A DNA stretch of 64,000 bases from Octopus bimaculoides (Eukaryota). The DNA is taken from positions 162,472,103 to 162,536,102 of the forward strand of contig NC_068983.1 in assembly GCF_001194135.2 (NCBI RefSeq), read 5' to 3'. A program made the translations under genes and the position numbers. Positions 41,501-54,477 of the stretch are shown in pieces. Numbering within the stretch: position 1 is the stretch's first letter; each line of letters starts with the position of its first letter. Below the pieces are notes generated by a model, which worked only from the letters and a program-made list of their open reading frames with translations, made no database searches and was not told the origin of the DNA.

Positions 41501-44477
41501 TACACTAAAAAGGCAAAGGGTTGATACTTTTCCGTTCTTTCTTTTGAAATGAGTCCATTATAAAATTTCACAATTTATAAATTTACATTTTTTTCAATGA
41601 ATTTTTCAGCTGCATCTGATGGTAATTCCGCACGCCGGGATTTTCTCAACTATGCATTATCTCTAATGAGGGCTCACAATGATGAACATTCGGACAGCCT
41701 ACCAATTATTGATATTTCTGCCCTGAGACACGTAGCTTATGTCTTTGATGCTTTGATTTACTTCCTCCGAAGTGGGACGGATACCGATACTGAAGTGCTG
41801 AGAGATGGAATCTCCGTTCATTCTTGGCAAGACCATGACCTAAACGACAACGAGGAACATGACGATGATCCGATGAGTAGTGTGGCCTTAGATGCTGAAA
41901 GTGTTGATGGTGACAGTGATGCTGGTGGACGTACGGGACGAAAACATCCATTCTTTCAACGTTCCGATTCCACCATTTTCCTCGGATGTCCACCACCCGA
42001 TCCGTTTAGTATTCCTCTCATTGAAGCTCTCCCACTTGCTGATCTTCCACATTTGCTTCAACCCAATTCACGACGAGAAGATTTATTTGGAATTGCCCGC
42101 CAAGCCATCCACCCAACAGACGCGAGTGAGTCGAGTGCAGATGTCAGTGGTGGAACGCCTGCTAGTTACAGTGCCAACGTCTCAGGGAGTATATCGACCA
42201 ATTCTTTTGAAAAAAAAATGCCTGTTCACCTGTCATTGTCCCTACGTTTACAAGATACACAGAACACAGCTTCATCTACTGTGGAAGCTTCAACATCGAC
42301 ATCTGATAGGCAGGAAATAGTAAGTACCAGCGTCATTGTAAAACCAACAGCTCAAACAGGGGCCACATCAAATCCACCTGTCACAACTGCTACTTTCTCT
42401 ACAATATCATCCACTTTAAGTACTTCAACACCATCTTCTGGGCTAGAAACGACTGTTGTTTCTAGCACTAGAGCTGCTGCCACATTGATGACTGCTCCTG
42501 GACCTACAGCTATGGAGACATCAGAAATAGATTCTCATTCTCAACACACTCTGCTCCAGTCTCTGGCTAACAGTGCCACTTCGTTATGTGTGTCTTCATC
42601 TCAGGCTGCTGTGCAACTGCCACCCCCGCCCCCGCCGCCGCCACCTCCTCAGCAGCAGCAGCCTCCCAGCTCTGTTTCTCTATCTACACAACAAGCCAGC
42701 GTGATAGTACATGCCAGCTCTGCCCAGAGCAGCTGCAACGCCCCCACTGTTATGTCGACAGGACCCGTCTTTGCCGTCAGTAGCAGTGTTGCTAATAACA
42801 ATAGCAGTAACAACAACCGTGCTATAGTGGTGATGCCGTCAGACTCTAATTCTAATGAAATGGTAACTGCCCTAGCTGCAGCACCACAAACCACAACTCT
42901 TCAACCTGGAAGTACCTCTCCTTTGGCTGTTTCTACATCGACTCCTGTCAACCAAAATAATCCTACTTCTTCGGCCGTTAATGCCCTAGCTCCAGTTTCT
43001 GATGTTTCCACCCAACAACCGAGACCAGGGCTTTCTGTGACAACCCCTTCTGATTCATCAGTTGCTATTGCTGACAGGTTAGGACACCTTTCTTTCTTCA
43101 ATTCATTTCAAATTTATTTAAAATTGTTGATTCGTTTCAGTAAAAATAATCAAACAAATTAAAATATTCAATTGTGAACTTGATATGAAATATATTGTGA
43201 AGGTACATGGCCTTGGGGTTAGGCCGTCTCATTCATGATTGCTAGATCATGAGTTCAATTCCCAGACCTTGTGATGTGTGTTGTGTTGTGTTCTCGAGCA
43301 AATCACTTCATTTCACATTGTTCCATCTGAAAGCTAAAACAATACAAAGTGCATTGTGATGAGCGATGTGTAACAACATCTGATAGTCTGGTTGGTCATG
43401 TGATGAAATATATTGATTTTCTTGATTTCACATTTTATTACAGTTATTGCATTTATGTATCTGAAAGAGGTTTTAAATCTGTCTAACCTCGTCTGCCTGG
43501 CTGACATAGGGTCAAACAATTTAGTAGTTTCTGTCAATGGGCATAATTACTCGTACAATATGCAAATGTTCAATTTCCCATTTCATCCAAATATTGCGAA
43601 ATGGATATTAAATAGTAAAATATACAGGAACAGGTTGTGTGGCAAGAAGCTTGCTTGCATGGCACCTTGAGCAAGTATCTTCTACCACAGCCTTTGGGTT
43701 TCTCTGGCCAGATGCTCTTCCTAACATCAACCACTTTACAGATTATATGCTGGGTGCTTTTTATGTGGTACCAGCATGAGTCAGGTTACCAAGTAACTGG
43801 ATTGAGTTAGGTTGTAATAGAGAGGGAGGTGGTTTTATGAGGGGCTAAAGTGTGATAGAGAGACAGGAATGAGTGTATTGTCTGAGAGGAGATACATGGC
43901 TGGGTGTGTAGCTAATATATATCATCATCCTTTTAACATCCACTTTTTCGTGCTTGCATGGGTCAGGCAGAGTTTATCGAGGTAGATTTTCTATGGCTGG
44001 ATACCTTTCCTGTCACAAACCCTGACCCGTTTGCAAGCAATGTAAGGCTAGACCTTTTTACACATATTAGAAATGAATGATAGTTATTTACAACAACTAT
44101 GTGCTGTCAAAACAAAGTGACACTAACATACAAACACACAAACACACGCGTGGTCTGAAAGCACCTACAAATGAAGTTGTCTATATTGAGACCTATGGGT
44201 CAAAAGAAAGTTGGTGGAACTTATAAATTAGAACAGCCACTAAGTTAAAACACAACTGGCCAGATATTGTTGTGTGGGACCACTAGGAAAAGATAATTCT
44301 GCTGTGGAAATCAGCTGCCCTCTGGGCACCAGTGTGGTCTAAAGAATACAAGAGAAAGAGGACATCTATGAACCATTGATAAAAAGTTTGCATCTCTAGT
44401 ATCCAGGATGCACTTTCAGCTTCATACCCGTTATTTCTTTGCTACAAAGTAGTTGAGCGGTCAAAATTTACTCTTAA

Positions 44478-44508
<31 letters not shown>

Positions 44509-46523
44509 CCCACGCAACAGGCTTCTTTAAATTTCTGTTCACCAAATCCATTTCTAATCCATGCTCTGTGTTTTATGCTTAGACTCTTGCGTGGCTCTTT
44601 AAACACAAATGTGTGTGTATCAATATAAATTGTTTTTTTCTCTGCAGTAATATGCTAGAAATTGTACCAGGAACATCTGATGCCCAAGTAGATTTAGTTG
44701 GTGCCAATGAAAACGTGTCAAATACTGTAGTAATTGAAACTTCCCAAGCCCCATCAGCTGGCGGAGGAGTATGTAGGTAAGTAGATCTTCAAATTATCAT
44801 TGTTGTTTAATTAACACTCAACTTAAGCACTTTAATTCAATCAATATTCTCCTTTCTAATTGTTTTCTAGCTCAACCACACTCTCAGTCTACTAATCTGA
44901 CATTATATATATGTGTGTGTATATGGATAATAATAAATGGAGCAAAACGCATGTCAATAAAAGTTCCTTTAATTCCTACACGTTTCGAAATAAATGAGTT
45001 CTTTCACAAAGAAGAAAGAGCTGTTGGGGTTCCTCATTTATTTCTCTTCAGGGAGTTCATAATAAAACATGTAATAGCAAGACAAAAACGGAATGATGGG
45101 GTAACTTACGAGCAGAGATGTTACATGGTCAGTGACCATTAGAAGGTTTGTTTACATGGAGATATAAAGGGGTCAACGATATTATTCCATGGGTTTTAGG
45201 AGTAAGAACGCTAGTTTACATAGAGATATAAAGGGAGGGTGTTTTTGACGTGATGCTAAAGGTTAAACTCAGAGAGTTATTTAAATATGGGGAGATAAAT
45301 ATGTTGTGGTTCTGTTAAATTAGAGAGAGCTAATTGCTGAGTCAGAAAAGGGGGAGGAAGGGAGGGAACTAAGGTAGTACATCATATGAGGGAACCTAAT
45401 GACATATTTATATGTAGCGAAAAGGTGAATAAAATTGAAAGTGAATGAAACATCGTAGTCTAGTGAAGGTTTGCATATGTGTGTGCGTGCGCATATATAC
45501 ATGTGTACAAACACGTGCGTGCACNNNNNNNNNNNNNNNNNNNNNNNNNNNNNNNNNNNNNNNNNNNNNNNNNNNNNNNNNNNNNNNNNNNNNNNNNNNN
45601 NNNNNNNNNNNNNNNNNNNNNNNNNNNNNNNNNNNNNNNNNNNNNNNNNNNNNNNNNNNNNNNCACATATGCATATGCACACACACACGCATACCTATAC
45701 AAACATACCTGTATATATGCAAACATGCACATACTCGCACACACATACATACACACACATCTACATACACATATATATCATCATCGTTTAAGCGGACGTT
45801 AAACGATGATGATGATGATGATGATATACACACACATATATACACACATACACACACGTCCACCCCCACAAACACACGTATGCATACATACACATATACA
45901 TACACATGTGTTTTGTTTAAGATTATAAAAAATATTAAGCTAAATAACATACTGATTTGAAGCGAAGAACATAAACATGATAAATGAAATACCATTACCC
46001 TGTTATATATTAATATACTTATGTTAGCGCTAATCTATGTAAAAACGAAGTACAGGATGTTTTCTTGAGAAATAATAATAATAATAAAAATTAGTCAACA
46101 GACTATATATTATTCATTCAAAATGCCTATAATAGGACATCTGACGGGTCAGATGTCCTATTATAGGCATCTCTGATGTGTATTGAATGTACACTGTATT
46201 TAAAATGAATTATATATACATATATATATATATATATATAGGTGTGGTATTGCATTCACTGTCACTAGATCATGGGTTCAATTCCTTCCATTCACAGAGG
46301 CAATGACTGAGGCCTTTGGCATTATGTTGTGCTTGAGAAGAAAACCCATCAAGTCAAGCAAAATTGCAATTGTGGTTGGTGACATGTAAAAGCACCCATT
46401 GCACTCTTGGAGTGGTTGGCGTTAGGAAAGGCATCCAGTCGTAGAAACCATGCCAAACCAAACTGGAGTCTGGTGCAGCCTTCCAGTTTGCCAGTATGGA
46501 CAATGGACATTAAATGATAATGA

Positions 46524-46554
<31 letters not shown>

Positions 46555-46946
46555 NNNNNNNNNNNNNNNNNNNNNNNNNNNNNNNNNNNNNNNNNNNNNN
46601 NNNNNNNNNNNNNNNNNNNNNNNNNNNNNNNNNNNNNNNNNNNNNNNNNNNNNNNNNNNNNNNNNNNNNNNNNNNNNNNNNNNNNNNNNNNNNNNNNNNN
46701 NNNNNNNNNNNNNNNNNNNNNNNNNNNNNNNNNNNNNNNNNNNNNNNNNNNNNNNNNNNAACTTCTGGCTTTTCTGCAGATTGGAAAACTGATTCCATTG
46801 CTGGTAGATGATTAAAAGATTAAACCTAAATCTAAGAACTGATCCAATCCATCAGATGGTTCTATCTGTTGAATTTCCATTCGGTCTTTGGTCAATTTTA
46901 ATTTCTGCTAGAAGATATCTGCTAAGCTGCTGTGAGACTGACCTGT

Positions 46947-46986
<40 letters not shown>

Positions 46987-48732
46987 TTCTTGCTTTAAGA
47001 TTTTTTATTTCTTTTTTTTAGTTAGTTTTTACAGCTGGAAATGTGCAGTGAAATTAATTTTCCTATATTTTGTCTCTTTTTAAGACCACAGAATGCCATT
47101 GGTCAACAAGTATCACATGACATCTTGTTAGGGAGATGGCGATTATGCTTGGACCTATTTGGTAGAGTATTTTGTGATGATGTTGGTGCGGAACCTGGAT
47201 CTGTGATACATGAATTGGGGGGCTTTCCTGTTAAAGAAAGCCGGTTCAGAAGAGAAATGGAGAAAATCAGAAATTCACAACAGAGAGACTTATCATTAGA
47301 GGTAAAATCACGTTTTAATTACTCTGAATTGTTAATTATTTAAATCAACCCCAAATGTTCCTTTGTTAATGAAGTTTATTAGAATTTTATTATTTGTACC
47401 TGATTAAATACATTTGGTAATGTTAACAGGAAAGACAGAACTCAAAATTAGTGTGTGCATGCATATATGTGTTTGTTTGTGTGTGTGTGTGTGTGTGTGT
47501 GTGGTAAAAGCAATAGTGACTCAAGGGCCAAGAATTTCATGTGTTAGTAGTCAAAAGTGCTAATGCATGAAGCTCAGAGCCCTTGGGTCACTTTGTTGAT
47601 TCTACTAAATATTAATAAAAAACATATAACTGATTAAATATATGTCATCATCCATCATTTTGAATCCAGATCTACCTCAATGCCATAGCAACTGCCCTCA
47701 TACCATCTTGCGACCATTTAGGCGTCCTCCCTTCTTAAGCCAACCTTCCCAATCTTCTCCTCCACATGTTCCTCAGTCTACCTCGCTTTCACTGTCCATT
47801 TACCTCAAGCACAAGCATCCTTCTCAAAACATGCTCCTCATCACTCCTCAACACATGCCCATACCACCATACTCCATTTAACCTTGCCAGCCATTCCACC
47901 AATTCCTCTAACCCCAGCATCCCCATAAAATCCTCAGTCCTCCTCTTATCAAACAGCTTCACCCCACACATTTCTCTCTCTGTCCTCCTCACAATTGCTC
48001 TCTCTCTATATATATATCTCTCTCTCTCTCTCTCTCCCTCCTTCAATCACCATGTCTCACTCCCATACAGCATAGCAGCTCTCACGCAACTCTTATAGAC
48101 CCTTCCTTTCTTCATCATATGTAATTTNNNNNNNNNNNNNNNNNNNNNNNNNNNNNNNNNNNNNNNNNNNNNNNNNNNNNNNNNNNNNNNNNNNNNNNNN
48201 NNNNNNNNNNNNNNNNNNNNNNNNNNNNNNNNNNNNNNNNNNNNNNNNNNNNNNNNNNNNNNNNNNNNNNNNNNNNNNNNNNNNNNNNNNNNNNNNNNNN
48301 NNNNNNNNNNNNNNNNNNNNNNNNNNNNNNNNNNNNNNNNNNNNNNNNNNNNNNNNNNNNNNNNNNNNNNNNNNNNNNNNNNNCTGGGCCACCGCTTGCT
48401 GTCCACAAAGTGAAAGTGACCTTCAAAGATGAGCCTGGAGAAGGAAGTGGAGTTGCTAGAAGTTTTTACACAGCTATGGCAAATGTAAGCAGTTTTTCTA
48501 ATTAACCTTTTCATTGAAAATGCAAGACTTTTAACATTCAGCTCCTAATTTGTACTTTTTCTTTATTTATTATTGGAACAATCTGGAAAAAGTTGCTGTA
48601 ATCATGGCCTTCTCAGATTCTTTCAGAACACACACACACACACACACACACACAGTGCTGCATTGACCATTACATAAATTTTTGTAAACATCATAAATTG
48701 TTTCTTTTTACTTGGAAATATCAGCGCGCATG

Positions 48733-48764
<32 letters not shown>

Positions 48765-51700
48765 TTACAGTTCCACATTTTGCATTATCCTTCTTTGTGT
48801 TTTTCCTTCTTGCTTTTCTCATGTTTACTCGTAGTCCAGCTTCCTGGTTCTTAAATAGATCCAATGCAAGAACTGAGACTGAAAGACTGCATGGAGATAC
48901 ATTGCCTGTCATATAAATCTGCCAATTTAATGTATCCTAAAAGCATGAAACTATTTATGGCTCTTTTGTAATCACGTATATGAAATGATGTATGTGTGTA
49001 TATTAGTTATATTTTAGTTATTTTCTCTTTCTTAGGCTGTATTAACATCTGAAAAATTACCATCGCTTGAAGGTGTTTTAGTTGGTGGAAGTAAAAGCTT
49101 GCAGTATAGTAAGTACATTATTCCCTCTTGTGTCATATTTACTATTTACCATTAATTTTTTGTCTCCCCATCATTAAAAAATTGCCACATATAATAATCC
49201 AGTGCAATTGTTATGTATTTTAATTGTTATTAGTTTACTGAAAATGGACCAAACATTGTTTCTTTTCCAGATTTGATTCAAAGACTTCGGTCCAGAGAGA
49301 GAGAACGGGAACGGATGAGGTCAGCTCTTCAAAGACGCAGTCGAGAAGCCAGGCGGACACTTTCTTATGATGCTCCACCTTTCTATATGCCTTCTGATAG
49401 TGCAGCCGTTGGGGCTGGTGGTGGTGGTGGTGGTGGAGGAGGTGGCAGTGGTGGTGGTGGTGGTGGTGGCAGCGGCGGCAGTGGAAGCAGTAGTGCTGCA
49501 GCAGCTGCTGCTGGAGGAGCAGGAGGAGCGGTAACAGGAGGTGGAGCTGGTGGCAGTACAGCTGGAGGTGGAGGTAGTGGTGGTGGTGGTGGTGGTAGTG
49601 GTGGTGGTGGAAGCAGCAGCAGTGGCGGTGGCGGTGGTGGCGGCGGCAGTAACAGTAACAATAATAATGAACAGCAGTCTTCTGAGAATGATAGTTCCTC
49701 CAACTACCGGCGCCAGCTAGGAGAAAGACTCTATCCAAAAGTTAGAGACTTACAACCAGTAAGGAAAAACAAAATTTTTGTTTCTTTCTTTCAAAATCTT
49801 AATAGAATTTAATGAAATAAAAGCTTAATTGTAGGCTGTTAACCCTTTAGCATTTAAATGGCTCATATCCATATCCAGCTCAAATATTCTCCTTGTTTTA
49901 TGTTCAAACCAGCCAGATCTGGTGTCTCAAGTCTATCCTATAATCATCATCATCGTTTAACGTCTGCTTTCCATGCTTGCATGGGTTGGACGGTTTGACT
50001 GAGGACTGGCAGGCCAGGAAACTGCACCAGGCCCCAATCTGATCTGGCAGAGTTTCTACAGCTGGATGCCCTTCCTAACGCCAACCACTCTGAGAGTGTA
50101 GTGGGTGCTTTTATGTGCCACCGGCACGAAGTCCAGTCAGGCGGTACTGGCAATGGCCATGTTTGGATGGTGCTTTTTACGTTCCACTGGTGCAGGGAGC
50201 TAGTGAGGTGACACTGGCAACGAACCACGCATGAATGGTGCTTATTGCGTGCCACCAGCATGAGAGCCAGTCAGGTCGCACTGGCATCAGCCACAACTAT
50301 TTCTATTTTGATTTACTTGACTCAATAGGTCTCCTCAAGCATGGCTTGTCGTCCAATGATTCAAAGGTACTTGTTAAATGGGCTGGTTATGTGACACTGT
50401 TATAGGCTATAGCTGTGATCTCGCTTTACTTGCTGAGTCCTCTCAATCACAGCATATCTCCAGATTCAAAAATATGCACTCGGATCCACAAAATTTTTAA
50501 GCTTCAATATAATCTAAATGGTAAGTAGTTAATCTAGGTTGAGAGGAGGAAATACCCTTAGGGTATCCTCTCACTGTTATAGTAGCAATTCTAGAGTTGA
50601 GATAGCAATACTATTACTACTACTACTGTGTATTGTTGATGGAGACAAAACCTGAACAACTTTTTTTACTTCAACCTGATTTCTAAATGGATTAATAGAA
50701 CTGAAGTAAAATCAGACTTTTGGTGGCCCTCTGGAATATTCAGGGCCACAAAACTTTCCTGACACATTGCAAAATGTTTGAAACTAAAATATATTTTAAA
50801 AGTTTAAATTTTGGAGAATTTGTTTGCTTAATCTCTTTTGGCATTGGCATCCTTTTAGACCAATTTCTTTGTCCTTTAAAATAATGTACTACTTGAAGAT
50901 TTTGTCTCAAATCCAATGTTTTGAACTCCTCAGATGGTTTTTCTATTTTTTTATTTTTTTATTTTTTTTTACAGTCAATGGCAGCAAAAATAACAGGAAT
51001 GTTATTGGAACTGTCACCAGCGCAGCTCCTCCTTCTGTTAGCCTCTGAAGAATCTCTAAGACAGCGTGTTGATGAAGCAATGGAAATTATTCTTTCACAC
51101 AGCAAGTAAGTTCTGTATAAAAGTAAAAATCTCATCTAGTCCCTCTTTCTCAGTATTACTTTTTGTCTTCTTTATTTCAGTTTCAACTAAAAAAAAAAAA
51201 AGGATTTGAGTCAATAGTTTTCCTTTGGCAAGCCAAGTAAGACCGTAGTTGTGGCCTATAACAGTGTCGCATAACTGGCCTATTTAAGAGTACCCTTCAA
51301 TCATTGGGCAACATGGTGTGCTTGAGAAGACCTGTTGAGTCAGGTGACATCATTGTCGTGGCCAATGCCAGTACTGCCTGACTGGCACCCGTGCTGGGGG
51401 CATGGAAAAAGCACCATTCAAGTGTGGTCATTGCCAGTGCTCCCATGCCGGTGGCATGTCAAAAAACACCATTCTGGCTACTGTGCCAGTGGCACGTAAA
51501 AAGCACCATTCGAGTGTGGTCATTGCCAGTGCTGCTTGACTGGTTCCCATGCCGGTGGCACGTAAAAAGTACCCACTATGCTTTTGGAGTGGTTGGCATT
51601 AGGAAGGGCATCCAGCTGTAGAAACCTTGCCAGATCAGATTGGAGCCTGGTGCAGCCCCCTGGCTCGCCAGTCCTCAGTCAAACCGTCCAACTCATGCCA

Positions 51701-54477
51701 GCATGGTACACTGGAATAATTTCCCATTCCCTGTGCCATACCCAACAGGGATCATCAACTCAATTGTGTCAGCTACTTAAAAACATTGGTTAATTCTGCA
51801 ATTGGCCTTTTACAGGCTCTGTTTGTATGTGGCACTAATTTGCAACTTGATGCACTCATCGAGAATTACGTATGACTGTCCTTTTGACCAGAATTGTGAT
51901 AATGCATGGATTTGCTTCACAGTTACTGTAATAGGGAGAAATAATAAGTTTCATTTCTTTACAAATGAAAAAAATGGGGTCAAATTAGTGAGAGAATAGG
52001 TCCCCACATTGTTTTTTAATAGAAATACATATTTATATTTAAAAATGAAACTTGATGTGTTGACTGTTTTTCTCAGTTGTTTATTTAGCAACATCAGGGT
52101 TTTCGAGTGAGATCGTTGCCAGTTCCCCTAGACTNNNNNNNNNNNNNNNNNNNNNNNNNNNNNNNNNNNNNNNNNNNNNNNNNNNNNNNNNNNNNNNNNN
52201 NNNNNNNNNNNNNNNNNNNNNNNNNNNNNNNNNNNNNNNNNNNNNNNNNNNNNNNNNNNNNNNNNNNNNNNNNNNNNNNNNNNNNNNNNNNNNNNNNNNN
52301 NNNNNNNNNNNNNNNNNNNNNNNNNNNNNNNNNNNNNNNNNNNNNNNNNNNNNNNNNNNNNNNNNNNNNNNNNNNNNNNNNNNNNNNNNNNNNNNNNNNN
52401 NNNNNNNNNNNNNNNNNNNNNNNNNNNNNNNNNNNNNNNNNNNNNNNNNNNNNNNNNNNNNNNNNNNNNNNNNNNNNNNNNNNNNNNNNNNNNNNNNNNN
52501 NNNNNNNNNNNNNNNNNNNNNNNNNNNNNGTTAAACGATGATGATGATGATGATGATCTGACTGGCTTTTCCATGCACCATCACATATTTTGAAATGAGA
52601 ATTATTTAAAAAAAAGTTTTAAAATCTTTCTGTGAATGACTTTATATTCATCATCATCATCGTCCGCTTTCCATGCTAGCATGGGTTGGACGATTTGACT
52701 GAGGACTGGCGAACCAGATGGCTACACCAGGCTCCAGTCTGACCTGGCAGAGTATCTACAACTGGATGCCCTTCTTAACGCCAACCACTCCGAGAGTGTA
52801 GTGGGTGCTTTTACATGCCACCGGCACGAGGGTCAGTCACATGGTACTGGCAACGGCCACACGCAAAATGGTGTATTTTACGTACCACCTGCACAGGAGC
52901 CAGTCCAGCGGCACTGGCAACGACCTCGCTTGAATGTCTTTTCATGCGCCACCGGCACAAGTGCCAGTAAGGCGACGCTGGTAACGATCACACTCAAATG
53001 GTGCTATTTATGTGCCACTGGCATGGAAGCCAGACAGCTGCTCTGGCAATGATCACGCTGGGACGGTGCTCTTAGATATTGATTATTTAAAATCCAAAAA
53101 CTAATTTTAAAAGGTTTCATGCGTTTTACTTGTCCATCATCATCATCCATAAAGATGTTTATATTTTGCTGATGTTGTTGAGCTGAAAACCTTAAAATAA
53201 GCATCTATTATTTTCTTGAAATGTTTTGTTTGTCTTCACTAAAATATTTCTTGTGTTTTGTTTCTTCAGCAGAGACATGAATCCAGAAAACTTATTAGAT
53301 TTAGATATTTTCAATCTGACCGCTGATAAAAGTAAAAAATGTACCAATTCCGAACGTAGTCGTAATGAAGTTGATGATGAAGATGACTTAGAAGATAACG
53401 CTCCTTTATTTTGGCAACCAGGCAAAAGAGGATTTTATTCCCCTCATCCTGGAAAAAATTCTGCCGAAAGGCTAAATGCGTTCAGAAATGTTGGCAGGTA
53501 TGTCATTTTTAGATATTCTTTTTTGTTCACCTGTCATTAAAATTCCTTTGCCAACACCTGTTATTTCCTGTCCTATTTTCATTGACATTGTTCTATTATA
53601 TATATGTTTTTTTTTCTTTTTTTTTTATCTTTTCAGAGTTATTGGTTTATGTTTGTTGCAAAANNNNNNNNNNNNNNNNNNNNNNNNNNNNNNNNNNNNN
53701 NNNNNNNNNNNNNNNNNNNNNNNNNNNNNNNNNNNNNNNNNNNNNNNNNNNNNNNNNNNNNNNNNNNNNNNNNNNNNNNNNNNNNNNNNNNNNNNNNNNN
53801 NNNNNNNNNNNNNNNNNNNNNNNNNNNNNNNNNNNNNNNNNNNNNNNNNNNNNNNNNNNNNNNNNNNNNNNNNNNNNNNNNNNNNNNNNNNNNNNNNNNN
53901 NNNNNNNNNNNNNNNNNNNNNNNNNNNNNNNNNNNNNNNNNNNNNNNNNNNNNNNNNNNNNNNNNNNNNNNNNNNNNNNNNNNNNNNNNNNNNNNNNNNN
54001 NNNNNNNNNNNNNNNNNNNNNNNNNNNNNNNNNNNNNNNNNNNNNNNNNNNNNNNNNNNNNNNNNNNNNNNNNNNNNNNNNNNNNNNNNNNNNNNNNNNN
54101 NNNNNNNNNNNNNNNNNNNNNNNNNNNNNNNNNNNNNNNNNNNNNNNNNNNNNNNNNNNNNNNNNNNNNNNNNNNNNNNNNNNNNNNNNNNNNNNNNNNN
54201 NNNNNNNNNNNNNNNNNNNNNNNNNNNNNNNNNNNNNNNNNNNNNNNNNNNNNNNNNNNNNNNNNNNNNNNNNNNNNNNNNNNNNNNNNNNNNNNNNNNN
54301 NNNNNNNNNNNNNNNNNNNNNNNNNNNNNNNNNNNNNNNNNNNNNNNNNNNNNNNNNNNNNNNNNNNNNNNNNNNNNNNNNNNNNNNNNNNNNNNNNNNN
54401 NNNNNNNNNNNNNNNNNNNNNNNNNNNNNNNNNNNNNNNNNNNNNNNNNNNNNNNNNNNNNNNNNNNNNNNNNNNNN

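Noticed and set aside
49235-49738. Antisense His-rich and Pro-rich ORFs (49235-49738, 49383-49703)
   Set aside because: Reverse-frame shadows of the Gly-repeat UBR5 exon.
50018-50055. CUGAGGA-CUGGC/GCCAG-GAAA-CUG/CAG hammerhead-like string in an RTE-tail repeat
   Set aside because: No U-H after stem III, the closing pair is C-G rather than R-Y, and sister copies read GAAGG or GGAG instead of GAAA, so it is a chance variant of the repeat's 3' stem-loop.
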